DNA of 64,000 nucleotides from Vicinamibacterales bacterium. GTDB lineage: Bacteria; Acidobacteriota; Vicinamibacteria; Vicinamibacterales; SCN-69-37. This document shows, piece after piece, positions 46,825-55,420 of the stretch. The stretch is from positions 1 to 64,000 of the forward strand of contig DATEGZ010000200.1 in assembly GCA_035279905.1 (NCBI GenBank). Reading direction: 5' to 3'. The notes below the pieces were generated by a model that saw only the letters and a program-made list of their open reading frames with translations, made no database searches and was not told where the DNA came from. A program made the position numbers and the translations under genes. Positions within the stretch are counted from its first letter, which is position 1, and the number at the start of each line of letters is the position of its first letter.

Positions 46825-49463
46825 TCGCGCGCCTGCTGGCGGGAGTCGCGCGGCCGCTCCACCGCGGCCTGCTTCGCCTCGCGCCGCCCGACGTGCGCGC
46901 GCAGTACCGCGCCGAAATGGGCCGGACGTTCGACGCGATGCTCGACGTCGCGTCGTGTCACGGCAGCTGGGCGGTGCTCGCGCTGCTCATCCGCGAATTC
47001 ATCGACATCCTGCACGCGCGGCGGTCGCCCGCCGCGGCGGAGGCGCTCATGTCATCTCACACCGATCCGGAACCCCGTGTGTGGCGCGCCGCGCGCCTGG
47101 CTCAGGCCACGCGGTCGCTCTTCCGCCGGCCGGCATTCACCGCCACGGCGCTCTTCGCCCTCGCCGCCGGCACGGCCGCGACGACGACGGTGTTTGCGAT
47201 TGTGGATACGGTCGTGATCAAGGCGCTGCCGTATCCGGACGCCGATCGACTCGTCAACGTGCAGGAAGCGAGCCCGGCCGCGAATGCGCGCGTGAGCCTG
47301 GTCGGGCCGGCGCGGCTCGAAGACTGGCAGCGCATGACCCGAAGTTTCGAGGCGGTGTCCGGGTACTACAGCGAGGCCGTGACCGACACGAGCGTCGCCC
47401 AACCCGAGCGGCTCGACGGCCGCCGCGTGGCGCCGCGCTTCTTCACCGTCTTCGGGACAAATCCAGTCGTCGGCCGGACGTTCACGGACGCGGAAGAGCA
47501 CTTCGGCGGACCGCTCGCGGCGGTGGTGAGCGAGCAATTCTGGGCGCGCCGTTTTCAGCGCAATCCACAGGTCATCGGCCGCGCGTTGATGATCGGCGGC
47601 CAGGCGTTTCCGATCGTCGGCGTCATGCCGGCCGCCTTCACGAGCAGCGTCGACGTCTGGCTGCCCGCGCAGTTCGCGCCGGGTCTGCTCGCGTTCCGCG
47701 AGTCCCGATTTCTCTCGGGCATCGGCCGGATGAAACCGGGCGTCACGCTCGAGCAGGCACACGACGATCTTGATCGCGTGCAGCGCGAGCTCGGCGCGCA
47801 GTTTCCGAAGACGGATGCCGGCTGGTCGGTCACGCTCTGGGACATGAAGGCGTTCCGGCTCGGCGACCGCAGCCGCGGGCTCTGGCTGGTCTTCGGTGCG
47901 GTCGGCCTGCTCTGGCTGATCGCGATGACGAACGTCGCAGGGCTGGTGCTGGTCGAGACGCACCGGCGCGCGCGCGAGCTCGCTATTCGTCTGGCGATCG
48001 GTGCATCGCGCGGACACATCGTCGGCGTCGTCGTGCAGGAGGTGCTGGTCGTCGCGATGCTCGGCAGCGCGCTGGGCACGGTCGTCTCGATCTGGCTCGT
48101 CGGCGTCGTCAAATCACTGTTCACGACGCTGCCGCGCGTGTCGGAGCTCGCGATCGACTGGCGGGCCGCCGCGTTTGCCGCGATCACGGGCATCGTCGCG
48201 GCAGGCGTGTGCGGGCTGGTGCCGGCGCTCGTCGCGACCCGTCATCGGCCGGCGTCGCTCGTGGCGAGCGGCGGAAGAGTCGTTGCGGGCGGTGCGCATC
48301 GGTGGCAGCGAGGGCTCGTCGCTGCGCAAGTAGCGCTCAGCTTGCTGTTGTCGGCGTCGGCGGCGCTGCTGCTGCGCAGCTATTACAACCTCACGCACGT
48401 GGATCCGGGGTTCGCGACAGAGGGCACCGTCACGTTTCACGTCGGCGCGCGGTGGGACGAGGACCGCACGCGCGTCGGACAACTGCAAGCGTCGCTGCTC
48501 GAGTCGCTCGGCCGGATGCCGGGCGTGCAGGCCGCCGGGTTCGTCAACTTTCTGCCGGCGACGGGAGGCACGCTGCGATTCAGCGTGCGCGTCGAAGGCC
48601 TCGCGGGGACCGATGCCAACGGGACAATGCAGACCGGCCAACGAACGATTAGCCCCGATTACCTTCGCGCGCTGGGCGTGCCGCTCGTCACGGGCCAGTG
48701 GTGTCGGCCGATCTCGACGGACATGAACCAGCGAACGGGCGTTCTCGTCAGCCGATCGTTCGTCGAGAAGTTCGCGCAGGGCCAGAACCTCATCGGGCGC
48801 GAGCTGACGTTCCCGGAGTTCCGAACGCCGAACACGATCGTCGGCGTCGTGGAGGACATGGCGGAAGATGGGCCGCAAGCGGCGCGCGCGCCGTATGTCT
48901 ACACGTGCCTGGCCGCGGGTTCGTGGCCGGACCCGAACTACGTCGTGCGCACGAACGACGTCGCGGGATTCATCGCCAACCTCGCGCCGGCGGTGCATCA
49001 ACTTGATCCGTCTCGCGCGATCTTCGGCGTGCGTCCGCTCGGCGACGTCCTGCACGACGCGGTCGAAGCGCCGCGGCTCAATGCGGGCATGATCGGCGTG
49101 TTCGCCGGCGGCGCATTGTTGCTCGCGGCGGTCGGGCTGTACGGATTGTTCACGCTGCTCGTGTCGGAATCGCGGCGCGAAATCGGCGTCCGGCTGGCGC
49201 TCGGCGCCGCGCCACGGCAGGTCGTGCAGCTCGTCTTCGCCGATGCCGGACGGCTGCTGGGCATCGGCATCGTGGCGGGCCTCGCGCTCGCGATCCTGGG
49301 CAATCGCACGCTCGGCAGCATGCTCTTCGACGTCGGGCCGCTCGATCCGATGACGCTCGTCACCGCGACGCTGACGCTTGCCGCGGTCGCCGCGTGCGCG
49401 ATCGCGATTCCGGCGATTCGGGCCGCGCACGTCCCGCCAACTGAAGCATTACGTACGGAGTGA
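46821..49463 (+). CDS. ADOP-type duplicated FtsX/MacB permease (Acidobacterial duplicated orphan permease)
   Basis: ATGA overlap with PadR. 880 aa with two MacB-like periplasmic domain plus FtsX four-transmembrane-helix modules. An N-terminal permease-prefix helix. PadR-ADOP is a standard pairing in Acidobacteria. Confidence 0.8.
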   Translation: MIARLLAGVARPLHRGLLRLAPPDVRAQYRAEMGRTFDAMLDVASCHGSWAVLALLIREFIDILHARRSPAAAEALMSSHTDPEPRVWRAARLAQATRSLFRRPAFTATALFALAAGTAATTTVFAIVDTVVIKALPYPDADRLVNVQEASPAANARVSLVGPARLEDWQRMTRSFEAVSGYYSEAVTDTSVAQPERLDGRRVAPRFFTVFGTNPVVGRTFTDAEEHFGGPLAAVVSEQFWARRFQRNPQVIGRALMIGGQAFPIVGVMPAAFTSSVDVWLPAQFAPGLLAFRESRFLSGIGRMKPGVTLEQAHDDLDRVQRELGAQFPKTDAGWSVTLWDMKAFRLGDRSRGLWLVFGAVGLLWLIAMTNVAGLVLVETHRRARELAIRLAIGASRGHIVGVVVQEVLVVAMLGSALGTVVSIWLVGVVKSLFTTLPRVSELAIDWRAAAFAAITGIVAAGVCGLVPALVATRHRPASLVASGGRVVAGGAHRWQRGLVAAQVALSLLLSASAALLLRSYYNLTHVDPGFATEGTVTFHVGARWDEDRTRVGQLQASLLESLGRMPGVQAAGFVNFLPATGGTLRFSVRVEGLAGTDANGTMQTGQRTISPDYLRALGVPLVTGQWCRPISTDMNQRTGVLVSRSFVEKFAQGQNLIGRELTFPEFRTPNTIVGVVEDMAEDGPQAARAPYVYTCLAAGSWPDPNYVVRTNDVAGFIANLAPAVHQLDPSRAIFGVRPLGDVLHDAVEAPRLNAGMIGVFAGGALLLAAVGLYGLFTLLVSESRREIGVRLALGAAPRQVVQLVFADAGRLLGIGIVAGLALAILGNRTLGSMLFDVGPLDPMTLVTATLTLAAVAACAIAIPAIRAAHVPPTEALRTE

Positions 49464-49543
49464 GTGTGGTTCCGGGGTTCCGCGGTTCACTGGCACCGTC
49501 ACGCGAACCCCGGAACCTCGGAACCCCGGAACCCCGGAACCAC
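49462..49543. repeat. Family-2 GGTTCCGG-array hairpin element, copy 2
   Basis: GAGTGTGGTTCCGGGGTTCCGCGGTTCACTGG - loop CACCGTCACGCG - AACCCCGGAACCTCGGAACCCCGGAACCCCGGAACCACC. Immediately after the ADOP stop. Confidence 0.8.
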
Positions 49544-49559
49544 CAGTAAAATCGAGTGC

Positions 49560-51377
49560 TTGTCGTTTCAACTCACTCCCGAAGCCAGACGACGATGGGC
49601 CTGGCGCCTGGCCGTGGCGCTGGTCGTCGGGTACGCGGCGTGGCTGCGGCTCGTCATCCTCGTCGAGCGATTCGGCCCGTTCGATCATCCCGGCTGGCTC
49701 GTCACGCTCTCCCACGTCGTCGAGGCGCCCAAGCCGATGCTCGCGCCCGCGTCGTGGGTCTGGGCCAAGAGCGACCCGCCGTACGTCGGCGGCGACCCCA
49801 TCAACTACCTGAAATTCGCGCGCGAGCTTCCGAGCTTCTACGGCGCGACGGTTCGCGAGCCGCTGTTTCTTGAAGTCATCCGCATCTTCTTCAAGGTCAC
49901 GGCCAATCAGGACGTCGCGATCAGCTTTGCGTCGCTGACGTTCTCGGTCCTATGCGTGCTCGCGACGTATCTCGTTGGCGGTCGAGCGATCTCGCGCCCG
50001 GTCGGTCTTGCGGCCGCGTTGGCGCTCGCGATCGAGCAGGAGTTCGCGGCGTGGGCACCGGATGGCTGGCGTGACGAGACGTTTGCGGCGTTCATCCTGC
50101 TGACCGCGTGGGCGCTCCTCCGGTTGAAAGACAAACGCACGTGGCAGAACGCCGTGATCGTGGGCGTGGTCGGCGCGGCGGCGTGCCTGACACGCATCAC
50201 GTCGGTCAGCGTCGTAGTCCCCGGCTTGATCTGGGTGGCGTGGCCGCGCGAGCGGGCCGCCTGGCGGACGTCAGCGCGGTACGCCGGAATCGCCGCGCTG
50301 GTCACGGCGGTGCTGGTCGCGCCGTACCTCGTCAACTGCTACCGCCAGACCGGCGACGCGCTCATCGCGATCAACTACCACACGCGGTTCTATCTGGCGG
50401 CTGAAGGCACGATCACCGACGCGCCGCCCGGCGCGCTGCGCTACGCCGCGGCCAAGTTTCGCGCGCATCCGATCGGCGAGACGGACACGGCCGTACGCGG
50501 TCTCGTGCAGTATCCGTTCGTCACGAAGTTTCGCGGGTTCTACGGCTGGTGGCCGGCGCTCGGGCCGATCCTGCGCGCGCTCTCGGCCCTCGGCCTGCTG
50601 ATCTGGATCTGGCAGCCGCGCGGGCGGTTCCTGCTGCTCGTGCTGATCTCGTCGCTCGCGCCGTACATGATCACGTGGACGCTGCAGGGCGGCGGCGAGT
50701 GGCGGTTCACGATGCACGCGTACCCGTTCTACCTGCTGGCCGCATTCGCGGCCGCGGCCTGGCTCGTGGCGGCCGCGCGATCGCTCGTCGCGAATCGTTC
50801 AACGGCGTTCGCGTCGTGGCGCGCGCAGCGCGTTGGCGTGAAGGCGCTCGCCACCGCGGGCCTGGTCGCGAGCGGCTGGCTGGCGAGCTTCTGGGCGCCG
50901 TACTTCGTCGCGCGCGAGGGCTTGCTCGCCGGCGAGCCCACGTCGGTCGCGGCGGGCGACAACGACGGCGTGTTCTTCAGCACAGGCTGGACGGGCCTCG
51001 TGCACTCCGGCATGGTCACGTCACGGTTCGCGAATGCCGAGCGGGCCACGCTGCGCGTGCCCTTTCCGGAGCGCCGCGGCTACCACCTCGTGCTGAGGAT
51101 GGACGCGATTCCCGACGCCAACGGATCGCCGCAGCGCGTGCGTCTCTTCATCGACGACCGGCCCTCCGGCGTGTTCGATCTGGCGTGGAATGAGGAGCGC
51201 GTCGGCGCGCTTACGCTCGATCTGCCGGCGAGCGAGGTCTCGCCCGGGCGCGCGCGGCTCGATTTCGTCGCCGATCGCGTCGCGCCGCTGGGGCCCGCGG
51301 AAGCGTCGTTCCCCGACCTGCCCGCCTCGGCGCCCGTCGCGTTTCGGCTGTGGTACGTGCGGGTTACTCCTCAATAA
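49560..51377 (+). CDS. Polytopic membrane protein with a C-terminal soluble domain, putative GT-C-fold glycosyltransferase (ArnT/PMT-like)
   Basis: About 10 transmembrane helices followed by a soluble domain of about 150 aa. The start is uncertain (TTG 49560 or GTG 49614). The first ~30 codons of the track ORF are a translation of the repeat element. Confidence 0.5.
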   Translation: MSFQLTPEARRRWAWRLAVALVVGYAAWLRLVILVERFGPFDHPGWLVTLSHVVEAPKPMLAPASWVWAKSDPPYVGGDPINYLKFARELPSFYGATVREPLFLEVIRIFFKVTANQDVAISFASLTFSVLCVLATYLVGGRAISRPVGLAAALALAIEQEFAAWAPDGWRDETFAAFILLTAWALLRLKDKRTWQNAVIVGVVGAAACLTRITSVSVVVPGLIWVAWPRERAAWRTSARYAGIAALVTAVLVAPYLVNCYRQTGDALIAINYHTRFYLAAEGTITDAPPGALRYAAAKFRAHPIGETDTAVRGLVQYPFVTKFRGFYGWWPALGPILRALSALGLLIWIWQPRGRFLLLVLISSLAPYMITWTLQGGGEWRFTMHAYPFYLLAAFAAAAWLVAAARSLVANRSTAFASWRAQRVGVKALATAGLVASGWLASFWAPYFVAREGLLAGEPTSVAAGDNDGVFFSTGWTGLVHSGMVTSRFANAERATLRVPFPERRGYHLVLRMDAIPDANGSPQRVRLFIDDRPSGVFDLAWNEERVGALTLDLPASEVSPGRARLDFVADRVAPLGPAEASFPDLPASAPVAFRLWYVRVTPQ

Positions 51378-51384
51378 GGCACGG

Positions 51385-51545
51385 GTTCTTCAGGTACGAC
51401 CGGTACGTCAGGTACTCGGAACGCACTGGCGCTGGCCAACTTATTTGGTTTTTCTAAAGAAGCGGACTGAGATGCAGGTTCCTCGTACCCGACGTACCGG
51501 TCGTACCTCTCGTACCTGTCGAACCCTGCCCTGTCCGGAAACGCC
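51385..51545. repeat. Family-4 GGTACGNC-array hairpin with a long AT-rich loop
   Basis: Arm CAGGTACGACCGGTACGTCAGGTACTCGGAAC pairs with GGTTCCTCGTACCCGACGTACCGGTCGTACCTCTCGTACCTGTCGAACC. The loop is about 55 nt and contains TTATTTGGTTTTTCTAAAGAAG. Confidence 0.7.
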
Positions 51546-51602
51546 CTGTAGACCGGTGCTATAGTCAATCGAATTCCCCGTTCGATTTCAGGAGGCATTC
51601 CC

Positions 51603-52319
51603 ATGCGCTTGGTTCGTCCCTTTGCAATTGCAGTCGCTTTCGCGTGTCTCATGCCTGCCGTGCCAGGCGCCCAGATGGACCCGGACCGCGTCGTCCCGAA
51701 CGGCGGGATTTCAGCCGCCGGCTGGCAGGGAAAGATTGATGCTGGCTCGGTCGCGCAAGGCCGAACGATCAACGACTCGAAGTTCGCGCAGGAAGGCGCC
51801 GCCCTGCACCTGATCATTGGACCGGCTGCCGTGTATTGGAATCCCGCAAACACGGCCAGCGGCGACTACACGATCAAGGGCACCTTCAAGGAACCGAAGA
51901 TGCAGGATGCGAACAGCCATCCGCATCCGTACGGCATCTTCATCGGCGGCCACAACATGGGCACCGACAAGATGAGCCTCGTGTACTGCATTGCGTATGG
52001 CGATGGCCGCGCGCTCGTACGCGGGTTCAATCCAACGGCAGGTCCGCCCACGGGCAACGGCCATGGCGTCTTCACGCCGATGCGCGCCGCGGCAAACGCC
52101 GCCGTGAAAAAGGTGGCGCCCGGTGAGTCGGTCACGCAGGATATTTCGTGGACGGTGAAGGGCGACTCCGCCAGCTGCACGATTAACGGCACGGTCGTCG
52201 CGACCTACACCAAAGCCGATCTCGTCGGACCGGACAAGCTCGAGAGCTTCGACGGCGTGTATGGCATCCGCATCAGCCACAACGTCGAAGCGATCGTCAC
52301 GGGCTTCGGCAAGCAGTAA
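51603..52319 (+). CDS. Secreted hypothetical protein (DUF1080 / LamG-like jelly-roll)
   Basis: Signal peptide MRLVRPFAIAVAFACLMPAVPGA. Size and beta-rich composition match the DUF1080 3-keto-disaccharide hydrolase-like family. Confidence 0.45.
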   Translation: MRLVRPFAIAVAFACLMPAVPGAQMDPDRVVPNGGISAAGWQGKIDAGSVAQGRTINDSKFAQEGAALHLIIGPAAVYWNPANTASGDYTIKGTFKEPKMQDANSHPHPYGIFIGGHNMGTDKMSLVYCIAYGDGRALVRGFNPTAGPPTGNGHGVFTPMRAAANAAVKKVAPGESVTQDISWTVKGDSASCTINGTVVATYTKADLVGPDKLESFDGVYGIRISHNVEAIVTGFGKQ

Positions 52320-52322
52320 GAC

Positions 52323-52470
52323 TGGGGGCACTGGGTCATTGGGTCATTGGGTCATTGAGCTATTGGGTTATTGAGGGTGAACGCTCGCATCCAGACCGGG
52401 CGTTTCGCTCCCAGGACGCGGCCCCAATAGCCCAATGACTCAATGGCCCAATGGCCCGATGGCCCAACGG
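52323..52470. repeat. Family-3 GGGTCATT-array hairpin element
   Basis: Arm CACTGGGTCATTGGGTCATTGGGTCATTGAGCTATTGGGTTATTGAGGG. Complementary arm CCCCAATAGCCCAATGACTCAATGGCCCAATGGCCCGATGGCCCAACGG. Fills the convergent gap from 52319 to 52472. Confidence 0.8.
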
Positions 52471-52471
52471 C

Positions 52472-53251
52472 TCAGTACTTCTCCGCGATCCGCTCGGCCT
52501 TCAGCTTCTTCCCGCGGTCCTTCACCTTCCGCTTCGGCAGCTTCACCTTCTCGCTCGGCGCGGTCTTGTACGGAATCTGCTTGAGCAGGTGCGTGATGAG
52601 ATTGAGGCGCGCGCGCTTCTTGTCGTTCGAGTCCACGACGAACCACGGCGCGTGCTTGGTGTGGGTGGCCTCGAACATCTCGTCGCGCGCCCACGTGTAG
52701 TCGTTCCAGCGCGTGTACGACTTCAGATCCATCGGCGAGAGCTTCCAGACCTTGCGCGGATCGTTGATGCGCCCCTCGAGACGGCGCGTCTGCTCGTCCG
52801 GGCTCACCTCGAGCCAGTACTTCAACAGGATCACGCCGGACGCGACGATCGCCTTCTCGACGTTGGGGGCCACACGCAGGAACTCCTTCGCCTGGTCCTC
52901 GCTGCAGAAGCCCATGACGCGCTCGACGCCCGCGCGGTTGTACCAGCTGCGATCCCAGATGACGATCTCGCCTGCCGCCGGCAGATGCGGCAGATAGCGC
53001 TGGATGTACATCTGGCTGCGCTCGCGATCGGTGGGCGTGGGCAGAGCGATGACCCGGAAGATGCGCGGGCTGACGCGCTCGGTGATCGCCTTGATCGTCC
53101 CGCCCTTGCCCGCGCCGTCGCGGCCCTCGAAGACGATGCAGATCTTCAGCCCTTTGTGCACGACCCATTGCTGGAGCTTGACCAGCTCGCCGTGCAGCTT
53201 CTCCATCTTCTTGTCGTAGTCCTTGCGTTTGAGCTTCTTGTCGTCGCCCAC
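52472..53251 (-). CDS. ppk2: Polyphosphate kinase 2 (PPK2 family)
   Basis: VFEGRDGAGKGGTI Walker A. WDRSWYNRAGVERV and lid motifs are typical of PPK2. GTG start. Confidence 0.85.
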   Translation of the reverse strand: MGDDKKLKRKDYDKKMEKLHGELVKLQQWVVHKGLKICIVFEGRDGAGKGGTIKAITERVSPRIFRVIALPTPTDRERSQMYIQRYLPHLPAAGEIVIWDRSWYNRAGVERVMGFCSEDQAKEFLRVAPNVEKAIVASGVILLKYWLEVSPDEQTRRLEGRINDPRKVWKLSPMDLKSYTRWNDYTWARDEMFEATHTKHAPWFVVDSNDKKRARLNLITHLLKQIPYKTAPSEKVKLPKRKVKDRGKKLKAERIAEKY

Positions 53252-53280
53252 GGCACCCTCATTTCATCCCGACGCCCGCG

Positions 53281-53640
53281 TCACTGGCTGAGCCAGGCGC
53301 GCGCGTCGGTCATTTTGTCGGTCGGAAAGAACTCCACGGGCGCCCGCCGCAGGTCGGCGACGGCAAACATGAGCGCTTCGCTGCGCCAGATCTCGTCGCC
53401 CACGATGGCGATGCGATCGATTTCGTCGCCGTGCGCCATGTAGAAGCTCAGGTCGCTCCAGTTGTCGGCGTCCGCCCAGCCCTCGAACCGCTCGAGAAGC
53501 ACCAGCAGCTTCACGTGTCCGTGGCTCGCGATCTCGCGCGCCAGCTGCTGCTGACACTTCTCGAACTCCGCCTTCCGCATAACGCCGCTCGCGTTGAGAC
53601 GGTAGGTCGATCCGCCCTCGGGCGTCAGGGTGAGGGACAT
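53281..53640 (-). CDS. SpoIIAA-like / STAS-fold small protein (DUF3478-like)
   Basis: 119 aa. KLLVLLERFEGWADADNW...IDRIAIVGDEIW pattern. Confidence 0.5.
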   Translation of the reverse strand: MSLTLTPEGGSTYRLNASGVMRKAEFEKCQQQLAREIASHGHVKLLVLLERFEGWADADNWSDLSFYMAHGDEIDRIAIVGDEIWRSEALMFAVADLRRAPVEFFPTDKMTDARAWLSQ

Positions 53641-53662
53641 CGCGATCCTTCCCGACCGCCGC

Positions 53663-55420
53663 CTAGGCGGTCTGCAGCTCTGGTTCGGGTTCCGGCAGAT
53701 CGCCGGTGTCGGCCCGCAGGAACCGCCGCTGGTTCGGACGGATCGTGGCGAGCAGTTCCTTCCGGGTCTTGATCTTGATCGGGCGGCCCAGGTAGATCTT
53801 GCCCATCTTCCCCATCAGCGATTCCGGGAACGCGCTCGCGAACATGAACATCGGCCACGTGAAGTTCGGGCCGTTGAGCTTGCGCAGCTTCCACAGCCAC
53901 AGGCCAATCGCGCCCGTACGCCACGCCATCGGACCCCACCAGCTCATCTGACCCGGCCGGAGGTTCATCTTCCAGCACTTCATCATCAGCTGCCACTGGA
54001 GAGGCGTGAGATTGCGCGTCTCGGTGACGCCCTTCGCCTGCTCGAGCCGCGTGTCGTGCAGCGGCGTGAAGATCGACGGGATGAAGAACGCGAACAGCCC
54101 GCGCCGCTCGACTTCGTAGATCAAATCGAGCGTCGCCTTCGTGTCCTCGTCCGTCTCGCCGGGGCTGCCGATGATGAGCGTCATCGCCGGGAACCAGTTG
54201 TTCTGGTTGAGCACCGTCAACCCGTTGACGACGACGCTCTGCCAGTCGTCGATCGAGAACGGCACGCCTTTGCTCGGCATGATCTGTTTGCCGAGCCGCA
54301 CCGATCCCGTCTCGAGGCCGATGAGCGGCACGAGCGCGCGCTTCTCCGGATGCGTGCTCAGTACAGGCAGCCGAATCGGGCTCTTGTCGAGGCACAGCTT
54401 CGAGAGGCGCTCGATCAACACCGGATCGACGACCGCCGGCGCGATCGTCGCGTGGCTCAGCACGTGTTGCTCGACGCCGGGCGTGCGAATGATCTCGCCG
54501 TAGAGATCGAGCAAGGCCTCGCGGTTCGGGAAATAGAACGGCGTCTCGGTCCGGACCTGGCCCCAGATGAACATGTCCTCGGTCGCGAGCGAGATCTGCT
54601 TGTTGCCGTCGCGCACGTTGGCGCGGACGCCGGCCATGATGTGGCTCTTCGGCACGTCGATCTGCGGATTCAGATCGGGCACGCAGAACTGGCACCGCCG
54701 GCCGCAGCCGGTCGTCATCTCGACGACGCCGAAGGTCGTGCGCTTGTCGGGCACGAGGATGGCCTCGCGATCCTTCGGGTGCCCGACTTCGAGTTGCCGC
54801 GGCAGGTCCTCGCCGCGGATCGCCTTGTCGAAGAGCGTCATCGTGTCGGCCGACTCGCTCCGCCCTTCGACGACGCAGTCCACGCTGAGCATGTCCCAGG
54901 CGTTGTTCTGCGTGATCTGCCAGCCGCCCGATCCGCCGACGATCACCTTGAAGTTCTTGCGGTGCGGACTGTTCTTCACGATCTCGAACATCTTGGTCGC
55001 GTAGAACGAGTTGATGGGCTGCTTCGACTCGCCGAAGATCGACGTGTAGACGCCGGCCGCGAACGTCACGCCGAGCGGGTTGTGCGTCGAGATCGCCACC
55101 ACGCGCGTCTTCGGGCCGATGAACTTGTGCAGGTCGTCCGGATAGCAGGCGACGATGTCGTCTTCGGAAAACGAGCGCAGCAGCGACTTCTCGAGCACGC
55201 GGACCCCCGCCGGCATGTACCGCGCGGAGCCGTCGGCGTTGTGCTCGACTTCACGCCACTTGGGATACTTGCGATTGAGGATGCCTTCGAGCCACATGGG
55301 CAGCGAGGCCATGCTCATCTGGATGAAGTACCCGGCGTGGTCGATCGTCTCGGTGAAAGGCGCCGTGAGGACGATCAGCGCCCCCTCGGTGTGTTCCCGC
55401 TGTTCAACGTCGTCATTCAT
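53663..55420 (-). CDS. B12-binding-domain radical SAM enzyme
   Basis: CGRRCQFC (Cx3Cx2C) at about residue 250, preceded by a Rossmann-like B12-binding-type N-terminal domain. ATG overlaps the stop of the upstream protease gene. Confidence 0.7.
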   Translation of the reverse strand: MNDDVEQREHTEGALIVLTAPFTETIDHAGYFIQMSMASLPMWLEGILNRKYPKWREVEHNADGSARYMPAGVRVLEKSLLRSFSEDDIVACYPDDLHKFIGPKTRVVAISTHNPLGVTFAAGVYTSIFGESKQPINSFYATKMFEIVKNSPHRKNFKVIVGGSGGWQITQNNAWDMLSVDCVVEGRSESADTMTLFDKAIRGEDLPRQLEVGHPKDREAILVPDKRTTFGVVEMTTGCGRRCQFCVPDLNPQIDVPKSHIMAGVRANVRDGNKQISLATEDMFIWGQVRTETPFYFPNREALLDLYGEIIRTPGVEQHVLSHATIAPAVVDPVLIERLSKLCLDKSPIRLPVLSTHPEKRALVPLIGLETGSVRLGKQIMPSKGVPFSIDDWQSVVVNGLTVLNQNNWFPAMTLIIGSPGETDEDTKATLDLIYEVERRGLFAFFIPSIFTPLHDTRLEQAKGVTETRNLTPLQWQLMMKCWKMNLRPGQMSWWGPMAWRTGAIGLWLWKLRKLNGPNFTWPMFMFASAFPESLMGKMGKIYLGRPIKIKTRKELLATIRPNQRRFLRADTGDLPEPEPELQTA

